Shown one piece after another: positions 40,351-54,172 of a DNA stretch of 64,000 nt. Location of the stretch: assembly GCF_008831285.2 (NCBI RefSeq), contig NC_045138.2:23312001-23376000 (forward strand), written 5' to 3'. Under the pieces are notes generated by a model. That model saw only the letters and a program-made list of their open reading frames with translations. It did no database searches and was not told the origin of the DNA. This DNA comes from Nymphaea colorata (taxonomy: Eukaryota). Made by a program: the position numbers and the translations under genes. The first letter of the stretch is position 1; each line of letters begins with the position of its first letter.

Positions 40351-43300
40351 TCAATTTTCAATTGGTGGTGGCATGAGCCTCAGCCTATCCTCTGGGGTCT
40401 GGTTTGTGGTACCTCCTCCTTCCTCGGCCAAAAGTGCCTGCAGATCACTACCATTTGCAAGACTGTTGAACTCTACCGACTTTGAGGGCATTGTTGGATA
40501 CCTCCTTTGGCAGAACGTCATGAGCCGCTTCACAGACTGCAAATACTTCCTAGTAGTCTCATCATTCATTATATGGGCAACACTGTTTGTGTAGATCTTC
40601 TCACGAGCAGATCGCTCATGGATACCCACCATTGTCACTCCAATAGGCCAAGGTGCATTTCCAATGGCCAACTTGATGTACTGATCCATTGCTGCCAGGT
40701 AGTCTCTCTCCATGCAGCAATCCACAACTACACGTAGTGCTTGGCGAATATCATCAGGAAGAACCTGAAAGGACACGCATCAATTGTTAGCTGTTTAACA
40801 AAGTTGCTTTAATTGTGCAAGAAATTTCCACTTAAAATGGCAGAAATACCATGTCGGTAAGCAAAAAGGCAATCAATTAACTAGCCAAGTCACATAGACG
40901 CACCAAAAACAAGCACCACACCCTCGTCGCATTGATCAACCAGGACGATCATATTATAATCAACTTTTCAAATGACGCATAAAAAAATTTTTAAATTAAA
41001 AGTTCTTCAATCTCACTGGAGCCTTCAAGCTGAGAAGGAACATTTTTTATATTAACTTCAGAAAGTCTGCAACTAAGTAGAACAAATGCTAGCTTCCCAA
41101 GCAGCACAATAAAAGAATATAAATAGAGAGAGATTAAACAAAATTGAAGCAACTTATGCACACTTCCCTTCGCTATGAACAGTTTCGGAAGGCAACCAAA
41201 GCAGCAATCCACAAAAACATGTGACTAACTAGGCCTAAGAAAGCATCCAACAAATGAAAAATCCATCATCTATAAGCCATTGTGAATCTTTGCAAGACAA
41301 AATAGTAGAGACCCAGATTATTATGTTTTCTTTAAACGCAACCAAGCGACACAATGGAAGTATGTTTTAGAATTGGCAAAGCTGTAAAATATATAAATAT
41401 ATATCTTGGCACGTTTAAAAAAAAAAAAGGTTTTAAAACCCAGACAGGGCATCACAAGCCATTCCTATACTCTGCATGCAGCTCTTCCTTCCAAGCTGTG
41501 TTGAATGCTGAAAAAGAATTTTGCTTGCCGTGAAGAAAAAGAACAAGAACCCTGTGTAGCTGATAGTTGCGTGCATTGCTGTGTGGACAACGAAAAGCTT
41601 GGAAAAGAAGAAAAGAGAGAGGGAGAAACAAAATGGTTAAGCAGAAAGGTTAAAAAAAAAAAAGGTAGAACTGCTTGGGTTGTTTAGGCTGTTTTTTTTT
41701 TTTCACACTAACACAAATGAAAAAACAAAAACAACGGAAAGAAAAGGTAGGAATGACAAAGACGAGATATTTTTAATAAATAGCATGCATGTATCCTTAT
41801 CGATGTGCTTAGTAAAAATAACAACTTGATGTGTTCTTATTTCCCTACATTTGTGTGAGAATCTACTTTAGGTATACTTATTCTTGCCCCTTCTTGCATT
41901 TAGTGACTGGTAGCAAGAAAGGTGATTTTACCAACAATTCCCAATAAGAGTTCTAACCTTGTAGAGGTAATGTTTGTATTCCTACTATTCCATCCCCTTC
42001 AAAGGCTTTTGGCTTCCCTAGCTTGTGAGTGAGGTAATGTCCAGAAAAATCTTTTGTAATGCTAGTGGAGTACATTCCTCTATTCAAACACCTTCCACTT
42101 GAAAATTTATGTGAGAGTAGACTTCAAGGGAGCTGTAATTTTCCCATAGCCTCGAATCAAGAAACTGACATTATGGCACCAATACATCGCATTAGTTAAA
42201 TGTGAGTTACTATGGAACACTTGGAATGAACTTCTAAATTCACTTATTTCATTGCTCCCAACCGGTAGACAGACCAAGTCACTAAATATTCATGGACAAG
42301 CTGACATCTTTAGCAAGTACGAAAGTTCCATTCGCAAACAGACTTGTGCCATTTTAATGGGGATGACTTGAGCCTACGATCTTACAGAACAATCCTACTT
42401 TTTCACGTCTTATGTGGAAATACCTGTGCTATTATTCATCCTTTATCTTCATTTTAAAATTTCTACAGCGACCTAATCAAGAAGTCGAAGCAAGAAAACT
42501 AGGACTAGATATTTAACTGCTACGTTATTGACGAGTATAAAAGCCTACTAAAGGAAAAAGTTAGAAACCTCAAAAACAACCAACTTTTGAGCATGAATAA
42601 TATCGCCCTTTTATAGCTAACCAGGAAAATTGATCCTATGAATGGCAAGCTTTTTAGCATGGAAAATTTCACAAATACTCTACCAGCCACCAACTTTAGA
42701 CCGACAATATTCAACAGCAACAAAAGCAGAACGGCGAACAGAATCGGAACATACCCTCTTTCTACAGAACTTGAAAAGAGGATTCAGGTACCGAGCACAT
42801 TGCTTGAACGTCGCAACCATCGACTTGCCCTTCGCCGTCCTCTTCTCCGACTCTGGCCGCTGCTCGAGCTCCTGGTTCCACTCGTTAAGCAGCCTCTTAA
42901 AGAACACTAGGATCTTATCCTCATCGCACAAGTCCTCAAAATTGGCCTTCATTCGCTTAAGATCCTTATCCACATCGGCCCCGGATGAACCACCGTCGCC
43001 GCTATGGCCACCGTCGCCTTCATCGTCCCTTTCATCATCCTCCATGGCCTCCTTTTCCTTGGTCGTCTTCTGGTGTAACAACCCCGTTTTCTGCCGCTTT
43101 CTGAGCTCCGCTATGTCCCGGAGGAAATCATTCGTCTGCCCTTCGGTCATTTCGTTCTCGACCTCGAGGATGCCCGCCTTGAGGAGGAGCTTGAAGCGGT
43201 CGAGTCGGGCAGTGTCATCCTCCCCGAAGAGCGTAATGGGCTGCTTGAAGAACCTGAGACGGCGAATTACCTCCTGCTTCGAGAGGACGAGCTCGTCGAT

Positions 43301-43621
43301 TTTCTGCTCGTCTGTGAGCTGTTCGTGGGATTTCTTTCCAGAAGGTTTCGCGGATGCAGAGGAGGAAGAAGAGTTAGGGTTTGAGGTTCGACCTTCAAAT
43401 TGGGGATCCGAGGAACGGGAGGAGGGGGGATTAGAGTCTTCGCCATCATTTCCGGTCCTGTTTCGCAGAAGGGATTTGGCTTCTAACTCCCTCTGTTCCT
43501 CCAGGCGAAGCTTCTCGATTTTCTTTTGCTCGATCTCCGACCTCCTGATGATCTTCTTCCCACCGAAATCCTCCTGCAGACTCTTCCTCTTCCTCTCCAA
43601 CTCCTTCTTCAAGAGGTCCAT
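40351..43621 (-). CDS. PRP18: Pre-mRNA splicing factor 18 (PRP18), 426 aa; exons 43621-42755 and 40764-40351
   Basis: MDLLKKELERKRK start, PRP4-like 'VIRRLRFFKQPITLFGEDD', Prp18 domain 'AIGNAPWPIGVTMVGIHERSAREKI'. GT..AG phase-0 intron 42754-40765. Confidence 0.95.
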
Positions 43622-46600
43622 GCCTTCTCCTTCCTTCCCCCCTCTTCTCTTTTCCTTCTTCGCCCTTCCTTCGTTGCCGCCGTCTTCTTCTTGGTCTTCT
43701 TCTCTCCCCTCTTTGCGCCTTCTTCCGCTTCTTTTTCTCTCTCTCCTTCTGTATCTCGAATCGACCGACAATCTTTTCTCGATCGATAACAAGGTATTTA
43801 CAAAAGTACGGAAGAAAACACACACAATGACGTCCATGTCTCAACGCCGGAGCCACAGCCCGAACGAAGGCCCAGCCTCAAGCCCGGAGCTGCGTCGGTT
43901 GGGGCGTAGGCAGGTGTCAATTGTATGTGGACAATTGCCCACACGGATGTTAAAAAAATAAACTTTTTATTTTATATTAATATTTTTAAATAAATTTTTT
44001 ATTTACATATTAATGTTTCTTAAAAATTTTAAATTTTATATCTAATGTCGCTTAACCATAATTTCTACTTCTGACATAGGAGTGTAAGCACTTTGCCCTT
44101 TGAGTACACTTCAAAACTTTCAGGTATAGCCTTAAGCGAGATCGTTTTTCAAGATCTTGTGTGTTTGTAAGGACGGGTTCCAAACATTATGTATTATTAA
44201 AGAATGAGTTTTTGTGAAAATCCAACACTTTAGGACAAAGTTATGCTTGTTTTGGACTTAGTATCTCTTATCTTTTAATATTATTTAATTATTTATGAAA
44301 AAAACGCTTAAAAATAACATGTGTGGCTACTAACACGCGACCCCATAGTACGGGGCCTTCATGCATGCCACGTGCACACTACTGGAATTATTGGATCGTG
44401 ATCATTGTAAAGTGAGCAATGTGGTTAGGTTGGATATCTTTGAGTACCCGTTTTCAAAAAGAGGCTTATCAATAAAAGCACAACCAATCTCTTTCATCAC
44501 ATTCTCCTTTTATTGATAGGCCACACCTTTAACTCTCCATTAACCCAATTGAAAGGGTTCACCATACACATGTTAGGAAAAAAAATATTCTTTGAAAAAA
44601 CACCTTTTTTAAGTTGTTTAGCTGCAACAATACCTTTAAATGTCATATAAATCTACTTTAAAGATTGGGTGACATTCATAAAATATCAATATTAGTGTTC
44701 TTTTGAACCTGGTCAAATCTTTAGGACAAATTCATAAAACACTCATAGAGTATCCCTACTATCAAAAAACCTCAAAAGATGCATTTAAAAAAAAACATGA
44801 TAAGACATGTATTTTTAGAATACAAAACCTTTAAATTTAAAATATCTTAAATTATTATTTTTTATTTATAAAATGAAGGGATGTAACGCTATATGTGACT
44901 AAGCCACGCTTGACCCATTGGAGGCCACTGGCCCATTAAGATGGCTAACACACCGCAACATGTGCTCCTTCCTCAATCATCTTTATTTGAATCAATGTGG
45001 CGCCGCTTAAAAAAGAAAAAAGACAACTGCCTTTGAGTAATAAGACACTAAAATAGAGGCATAAGGACCACAAGAAATCAAATTAGGGTTCTTTCCCTCA
45101 ATCAACTCTTCCAATTATACAATGCTACTTGAGGCATTTCAAAGCCTCATTTAACTAGAGCAAGGCATCCGTGTAGCCCCACCAAAACATGTGATCCCAT
45201 GTTATGGGGTTTCATGCATGCCACATTCATGCAGTGGAAAAGAGGACTCCTAGGAGTTCTTTAATCCACGATCAAACACCAAACCAATCTAGGGTTGAAC
45301 GCAAGAGATATAAAAGAGTACGAAAAATGGAAAGAGAAGACAAAATAGCCATTAGGGTTTTCATTGACTCAAAAACTAATTATAAATGAGGATTAAACAC
45401 CCTTAAATATAGTAAAATGAACTTATGGATCTGGATCCAGACAAAACAACAGTAAATAAAACCTCAAAATCCATAATTAAACTAACACATAAACCCAAAT
45501 TGCGATTGATTTTTCCTTTTCAGTTTATGCTCCTGCATCACACATGCACTTCAACATTACTCCTTCCTCAAATCATTTTTATTTGAATTAATGTATCCAT
45601 CAGTAGACGAAAGGCAAGTGCTTTTCGGTGGTAAGATATTAACATCCTCCACAAAATCTTAATGCATTTCCTTTTGAACTTATTTACCATACAAAGATAT
45701 AAGTGTCTTTCAACAAAAGGACGATATCTGGTGGTACAAAGACATAATTGCCTTCATAACAAGAACCATGTAACAAAGTACATTGCTACATATAAAATCT
45801 CCAATGCATTGCTATATAGGTCACTATTATGTAGAAAATGAGTATATGTTGATCAATATATATTTAAGTCGTCGTGAACATTTTATAGAATCGTCTCAAA
45901 GCCCAACTGGCCGATCTTGTTGTAGGAACTAGTTTGCTTTTGGTAAGCATAGCAGTAGTTTGCTACAATATGTGACCCTTCAATTCTTGACAAAGTAAAT
46001 CATTACTCTTTAAATGATATCAATAGTGAGCAATATGTACTTAAGTTGCCATGCATACATTTTACAAAACAATTATCATATCTCAACTGCATCTTAAACA
46101 AACTTGCTTTTAATAATGCATACAAAACATCAGTAAACAATACGTAAGATCCCTTTAATTTTTCGCTTTATGACACTATCGGTCGTAATTTGTACATTTC
46201 ATAAAACTAAAGCATTGGAGCCCAGCTTATCTGTCTAGCTATAGGAACATCACTAGCTATTGTACATATTACTCAACTTTCAGGTTTAAACCTGCATTTG
46301 GTATATACAGTCATAAATTACTAGACTACCTAAATTGCTAAAAAAGTAACTTCATATGTAAATTGTTTCCAGAGAACACCACTGTCACCTCATGTCTCCA
46401 TTGGTACACATGATTTACATGTAATTTGATGTATTCAGTAGAAAGCATGACACTAGTCAAAAAGGTCCCAACTGCTAGACCCATGCCTCCACTCAAGGCC
46501 ACTTACACCTTGGAATAGCATGATGATGGATGAGACCAGTGATCTATGTTAGAGTTTGGAATGTATTGGAAAGGCACCTAAGATTACTCATATATGAGAA

Positions 46601-46639
46601 AATTAATATTAAATCACTCAATTATCTTGTAGAAGTATT

Positions 46640-47190
46640 GCATGGTGCATGAGTTGGAGAATGAAAGGAGTACTATTGCACCACAACTGAAAAGGAAGGT
46701 TTTTACATTGTAAGAATTTCTGCATAGGATTTCACTATAGGGATAGGACTAGAAAGTGATTTATTTTGTTAATGTCAACTAACAACTTTCTTTCATACTA
46801 CATTAGAAGTTGGCATGGTGATTATTGTATTTAGATGAAATATTTTGGGCATTGTTTAGTGTCCCAATTGGTACAATCAGAGGGGATGCAACAAACGGTT
46901 GGCAGCAGAATGCTTCTTTTTTAATCTATGTAGCTCAATCTGGCAGGTCGATAAAGCTTGTGGACGGACGGAACATTCAATCTTTGTTTCTAGGTGAGCA
47001 AGGTTTCTCACCGCCTAGAAGAAGGCTGAAGCCCCCATCCAATCCTAATTAACTGCCTTTTTTGTTGTGTTTTGCTGTTTTTTCTTTTTTCATAACCTAG
47101 GCACGCTTTGACCCCATTTTCAATCAGCAAATATAATTTTTTCTGCAATAAATGGTAGGGGGCCTAAACCCCCCAGCACAAGTTTTCCTG
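46640..47190 (+). mobile_element. LINE 3'-end remnant (RNase H-like region and 3' terminus)
   Basis: Ends AATAAA..GGGGGGCCTAAACCCCCC, as LINE-B does. Upstream sequence looks like decayed ORF2. Confidence 0.45.
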
Positions 47191-47671
47191 GTTTGAATCA
47201 GCTGGGTCGAACTAAATCCATGGCAAGTGTATGAAACATGGTGTTTGATTCATAGGGTGCCATGTTCATGCTCTTAGCTTTTCTTCTCTTTTCATGTGTT
47301 TTTAATTAATGTTTATATCATATTTTCCATTTATTAATTAAATGATTTTCTAAAATATTTTTGGCTGATTCATAATCAATCAAGTTGAACAACTGACTTT
47401 TGCAACACTGCTGATCACCAAAAAAGCAATATCTATGTGCATGATGTGCATGAAACAAGAGAGAATGTGGTCAAGCTTGCTGCCTGGTTGCACCACCCTC
47501 CTCAGGCAAGCAATTTGAATATTGAGTTTTTATTTATTAAACCATGGTCCTATTGAGTAGTGATTGTGTGAACCTTGTTTGCTTTGGTTCGAGATAATAA
47601 AATTTAAAATTCTTCTTAATATACCTCTAATATAATATTTGTTGCATGTTTGACCTAGTGCTCAATAGTTA

Positions 47672-48110
47672 CACTATAAAAAAAGTAGTGTCTAGTATCA
47701 ACAGCTGGAAAATGTCGGCAAAGGTGACATAAGTGTTAGTAGAGATTCATGTTTTTGCTCAAATGTTGGTAGAAACTTTGTCGATGAAAATTTTCACCCA
47801 AAAGTTCAGTCTATGTGTCGGTATAGAACATATTCACTGAAGAGTGTTGAACATCAGTGAAAAAACTATAACCGATGTTCAATGGACATTGCTGATACTA
47901 TTACTGATGAGTAAGCACACATGAGTAATCATCATCACCAATGATCGCGAATGTCAGTGAGAATTATTACGACGTGTGGGTGGACATCCGTCATATATCA
48001 TTGACATGTGGTTAAACATCATTGAAAGTATAACTGATGACCACTAAAAGAGTCGATGAAAGTATGATGGCCACCCAATTACTAAACATTGGTAAATGTA
48101 TAACGGACAC
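47672..48110 (+). mobile_element. CACTA (En/Spm) transposon terminal region
   Basis: CACTATAAAAAAA terminus followed by many direct and inverted TGTCGG(C/T)AAA and ACCGA-like subterminal repeats. No second terminus identified. Confidence 0.6.
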
Positions 48111-50636
48111 CATTCTGTTCACGAATAAGAATTATATATGTTTTTTTTTTTTAAATTGATGATTGTTTTAAATTCCAAAGTTCCGATATGCATCGCACAC
48201 CGGCCAAGGACCAAATAAGAAAATTACTGCATTTCAGAACAAATACATATAACACAAAATATTTAAGACAATAGTGCTTAACACCAAAAACATAATAACT
48301 AAGGTTTCAAGTTGCGATGATGTATTGAATGAAGTTACATACATATCTATGTTCTTATAACCTCAAACATTAAAAAAAAAATTGCACCCCAAAATGTCAT
48401 CGTTGAGGTGGAAATCATCCAAGGTTACGAGGTATCGACATGCCTACAATAAACAGTAAGAAAATAAGTTAAAATATAAGTAATATTGTGTAATAAATAA
48501 AACTCATAACTAAAAGTTAAGCTTTACATAAATGGAATCGTGTAGTTGTCATGTGATATACTAATTAAACCTATTAGTAGCCAAGGCTCTCCATAGCTAT
48601 TAACTAGTGTAATAACCATGGCCAAAGTCATAAGGGCCTCATCCAAGGGATAAATTATTGTAGCAAAGCCATCTTCTTTTACATAAAGCAAAAAATAAAA
48701 TTTTGTAGGATTATGGAGAATTTCATACTTCTAAAAATGGAAAAGGGATTCGTAAAATCAAATAAAGAATACTAATATAAACTAAACTGAACAAAGTAAC
48801 TAATAAAAGAAAATAAACAAAAACCTTAAAATATGTCAACCATGAACTATAATATGGAAAAGTTGAAGTTGTTAAGATTCTATAAAATAGAAGCCAAGAG
48901 GACTTCAAAATTTTACTCATAATCATATCCTTCTCCACAAATTCCCAAACTTTGGTCCTTCAATTCAACAAAATCTAAGCCAACAAGAGCAAACATTGGA
49001 GGGAAGCACGAAGAATAACATCGCCAAGGCAGATCTGCAAAATTGCTGATCTACTACAAAGAGCGGAACTCTACAAATTAGGTTTCTATAAAACAAAGAG
49101 TATCAACCATTAACACATATTTGCATCAAACAAAAACTAATATTTTTGCTATGGATATCGAACAAGCTTTTATACCAAAAATCAGTTTACTGTATTATGA
49201 ATTGTTTACAATTCCAAATGTCACAAAATCTGAAGTGTAAATTTTATACATGACATACCACTAAGCCGTAAAATTTCAGCCTTAAACTCCACCAGAAATG
49301 CAATGAACCAATGGCATAGAGTTCCAATGGATATCAAGATTGAAATTTATGCACTATAGTAACTACAACTTCAAATCATGTCTAACATAAAGCTAATCCA
49401 TATATCATATGTTAAAAGCACAAAAATCTAATCTAAAACAGAACATTGAATTAATCAAAACATAAAAGCCGATACAACATTAAACATGACTAAACAAGAA
49501 CTAAAGAACATGGAGTAACAATCCTACTTCCACAATTCAATCTCTATCTATCAAGAATCATTTAATTAATGTTAATTTTACTCTAATACAAATTATATTT
49601 CAAGAAGTTGTATCTAAATCATCTATACTAAAAATCAAGGGATAGCACACAACTACAAGCTAAGTCACACAGCTGTCATACCCATTTAATCTGAAACCGA
49701 CAGGTGGGTCAACCAATAGCCAGTAGCAATGTGCAATGGGTCTCTGACAATTGACATTTGTTGTCTCCTCCTGACGTGGCAGGCGTGTCTTCACTGTTCT
49801 CAGCCCCATTTAATTTTTTCTCCAACTAGCATATTTCTCCATCGTCTAGTGGTTCCTCTCTCTTTCTCTAGTTTGATTTATATTGTCTGCACTTTCTCTT
49901 TACACTCTTCAGCTTTTATTTCATTTTATAGTGTCAAGACTCATAGGTTCTTCTAATTTTTTTTTATACTTAAATTAGTAAGTGTTCATATTTGACTGTT
50001 AACTTTTTCATTTTTTCATTGTTTTGCTACAACAAATGTTATAGTATTGTTTACTTGTCTAGCATTTTTTTTCATTTTGTGTTCTATCATGTATTTACTC
50101 TTTTTTAGTAACTTGATTTATGATAGACTAAAAGTTTAGCATGTCATTTTTTTAGTTTTTACTTGTTTACTTGTATAGCATCGGTTATTTTTTAGTTTCC
50201 TGTTATTAACTTATATTTCATTAAATTCATTTTCTAAAGGTTAATACCTAATAGACTAGTTGTTAGCAACTTAGCACCGAATGTCTTAATTGCAAATAGT
50301 ATGTAACTTTTTCCTTTTTTAACATGTTATTAACTTAGCACTGATGTCTTAATTCATGCTATTAACTTATATTTCATTAAATTTTGTGTACCATGTTATT
50401 TTCTAGATACTTCATTCCTGTTATTTTTTTCATATGCAGAATTGCAAATATGTGCAAAATGTATGGTTAATATTGATACTTTGTAAGCATGTTAATGTGT
50501 TATATTCATATACATAATACATTATAAGTTATGAGTTTCAATTTGTATGACTCATTAGTCATCACTCATTTATTGACCACATGGTGTAAGAGTGTATAGT
50601 GTATACTCCCAATTTCCTTATATATATATATATATA

Positions 50637-51082
50637 TGTAACAACATGACTCACTCCCGGGCTCGGGCCCCTGGTTTGATGGATCCCAACCCGCTCCCTA
50701 GTAGTTTTGGTTTCAATCCTAAAAAAACTAGGAACCAAGACAATCATCTCATTAATCCCTTTATAAGCCATTGAAGATCTCTCACAATCTTCGATACAGA
50801 ACTAAACTTCTGGAGTGTTACAATCCACCCCCTTTAAGGCACACGCTTCCGCGCATGTGGGACCCCAGGTCCGAGTGTTAAACCGGCTCATAATACCACT
50901 ATAACAACCCGACCCACTCTCGGACTCCGGCCCCTGGTTTGACGGATCCCAACCCGTCTCCTAGTAGTTTCGGTTCCAATCTTAAAAAGGCTATGAACCA
51001 GGACAATCATCTCATTAATCCCTTTATAAGCCCTTGAAGATCCTTCACAATCTTTGATACAAGACTAAACTTCTGGGGTGTT

Positions 51083-51085
<3 letters not shown>
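50637..51085 (-). mobile_element. TRIM (terminal-repeat retrotransposon in miniature), 449 bp
   Basis: 186-bp direct repeats at 50637-50822 and 50900-51085 (TG..CA). The 77-bp interior holds a Met-type PBS (rc of GGCTCATAATACCA) and a PPT (rc of ATCCACCCCCTT). ATATA on both flanks, within (AT)n. Confidence 0.92.
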
Positions 51086-51161
<76 letters not shown>

Positions 51162-51209
51162 GTAATTGTAATTTATAAATGTTGTTAAATTTGAATTTCC
51201 CATTTTGAA

Positions 51210-52700
51210 GGTGAAAAATGACAAACAAGAGAAAACGAAAACAAGTTGTTTCATTTCAAAGTGGTCATGAAAGATGTAAGCAGTGGCAGTGGAAATGTGT
51301 TTTTTCTGTGTGCACATTGTCAAAATTCATTTGTAAAACCTTACACAAAATGGAGGCACATCTATTGAAGTTGCCACGTTTTGAAATTCGAGCAAGTACA
51401 AACACTTCTACAAAAAAAGCTATAAAATTGAAGAAGTTGCAAGACTATGTGGATGCAATCCAAATCAACACAAGATTAATATTAGTATGACAAATGTTTT
51501 CATGTTTCATAGGGATATGTTTTGATTGTTAGGGAAGAATGTAATTAGACAACGGATTGCTAAGGCTTTTTTTGTTTAGTTGTATTCCTTTTAATGTAGA
51601 TAGATATTCATATTGGAAGAAGTATGTGATTGCACTTGCAAATAGCAAATTATCAAGATATGTACCTTTGATTTCAGAAATGTTGTGAACGTCCTTCTTA
51701 AAGATGAAAAGAGTGATGTCAAACAAAGTTTTGAAATAAAAAATAAATAAATAGAACACGATTGGGGTATCAATTGTTTTTTTATGAATGGACAGACATT
51801 CAAAGACGTCCACTAACTAATGTTGTTGTCATTGCACATGATGAACCAATGTTGTTAAAAGCAATTAATGTATCCAGAGAATATAAAGATGTCGAATATT
51901 TGAAACAATTATTTGTAAAGTTATCAAAGAAGTTGGTCCTGATAAGGTAATGTTGCTCATCACAAACAATGCTGATGCATGCAAAAGTGTTGTATTAAGT
52001 TTGATGTATGATTTTTCAGATATCATTTAGACCTTATGTCTTTCACACTCTAAATTTTGCACTGAATGACACATGCAATTCTCTAAGTCAAGAAATAGAT
52101 CTGCAAGGACATAAGCTATTTTCATGGATTCAAAACATAGAAAGAGATGAAGAAAATATTAAATACTTCATCACCAATCACCATCATGCATTCTCCTTTT
52201 TTGTTATTTTGGTTTGAAATTGTTGAAAGTTGTAGAGACACGGTTTACTTATATAATTGTCATGTTAAAAAGAATTCAAAGAGTACAAGGTACATTAATT
52301 TAAATAGTGGCAACTAGAAACTAAAGTTTTTGTTGTGTTGAAGATGAGGTTAAGGCTCAAGCAATTAAAAACATTATTGTTGATAATAAATGAGGAAACA
52401 AAATTGTATACTTTTTAAATTTTACACAGCCAATTTGGTGTGTTAAGAGCAGTTGATAAAGACAAGTCTATGCTTCATAAAATTTGTAAAATATAGGATG
52501 ATATGATTGAGCACATTCAATCTATGGTTTTTAAGAAAGAGAAGAAAGATGTTGCACTTGATAATTCAGAGTTTTTTTGCCACATGCAAACATGGCTCAT
52601 TCTTTAAATTCCAAATGTTATACCAAAAATGAATTGAATGAGCTTACAACAACAAGAGAAGATGATTGCATAAGTCATTTTGATTATTGGCATCCTATCG
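51210..52700 (+). mobile_element. hAT transposase pseudogene (BED finger and DUF659 region)
   Basis: 'WQWKCVF...EAHLL' BED-like motif. DUF659-like motifs 'EWTDIQRRPLTNV', 'EVGPDKV' and 'HTLNFALND', with many stops. Confidence 0.8.
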
Positions 52701-53264
52701 ATCAGAAATATCCATCCTCTAAATACTTCCAATATGATTATCGTCATAGTCTGATACATCATCGTGTTAAGAAAGAAATTGAAGTATGTATTCTTATGTA
52801 CACAACATTAAAAGAAATAAGTTTACCAGCCAACATGCAAAGGACTTGGTTTTTGTGCACTCTAATTTACGTCTCCTTTCAAGGAAAGAAAAATAATGCA
52901 GATATTTTTAAATATTTTTTTTGCTTTCATCATTTCTTTATGTTGTATTAGATTTGTCAAATTTTTATTGTCAATAAATTTGACTTTTTTATTTTCATCT
53001 TAGAATAAAATGCAGTTGTGGATTATCTCAATATTGAGATCTAGACCAGAAGAATTTGGTTTTGAAGGAAAACACTATTTATATACAACTAACATGGGCT
53101 TAATTAAACCTGTTATTCCTTTCAATGAGTTTGATGATGATTTCAAACTATGAACTCAGATATTGGTGCGACTATAACGCCACTTTGAATGACGAAATAT
53201 GAACTCTGAAATAAAAACTTAAAAACTATATTCCTTGTTGAATTGTTATTGATAAAAAATTTTG

Positions 53265-53329
<65 letters not shown>

Positions 53330-54172
53330 TTAGGCCTCCTAACCCTTGTTAAATGAAAAGTTGACGGGAAGAATGAATTCCATAGTCCAGCGTGTGAGTA
53401 AGAGATGGGCCAAACCAGCCAAAAATGCCATTTGTTGGACATGTGTAAACCATAGGGATCGATGTATGTGTTTTGGATCGGGTAAGGTTCAACTTTCATC
53501 AAATTTGACTGCTGGGATTCTACCCAACCGAATTCAGATCCATCTAGAAGATCTAACATTTACATGGAATTAGATTGGATTGTTATTGGGTCTCATGAGT
53601 CTGATAAATCTTATATATCCAGTAATATCATTTGGATCCGTTTTCATTTATGATATTAAAGGGAAGAACTTTTGAGTGTCATAACAGTTGGTTGATGTGA
53701 CAACTTAAACATATATTAAGGGCAGAACTAAGTGTAGGCAACTGCCTCCATTCTCCACATCTGACGGAGAGAGAGAGAGAGAGAGAGAGTAGATATGGCA
53801 TAACACAATCCTTCCAGAAGGAACAAAGCATCTTTGAATATTTTAATCTCATGCTAATGGCACGAAACATTTTAATAGAAAGGTCACAAAGCCAGATATC
53901 AGAAAAAATTCACTCATTATTCCATGTTCCTCAAGTACTTGAGTCTCAATTCATGACACAATAGGATATAAGATCCATTATTCCACTTCCAATTCTATCA
54001 GCAACTACGCAGATCTGTGGCACCTTAGGGTGACAAAATTATATCAAGAACCTGCATTTCTAGCTCTTGCTGCAAGAGAGGAGGCCCATTGTTTGCAACA
54101 TGCACTTTAATTTTCTGGACAGTGTAACAGCTTTACCTTGGTGTCTAAGCTGGTGACTGCCTAGGACAAGCA

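Noticed and set aside
43622..43837. Upstream in-frame extension of PRP18
   Set aside because: Purine-rich 5' leader; the conserved-looking start is MDLLK.
42642..43961. 439-aa plus-strand ORF
   Set aside because: Antisense shadow of PRP18 exon 1; no recognisable domain.
50637..51085. Cassandra element carrying 5S rRNA
   Set aside because: No 5S A-box or C-box sequence is visible in the terminal repeats, so it is called a plain TRIM.
51007..51323. ORFs with YIYIYI runs (also 4133-4486 and 53143-53559)
   Set aside because: Translations of (AT)n microsatellites.
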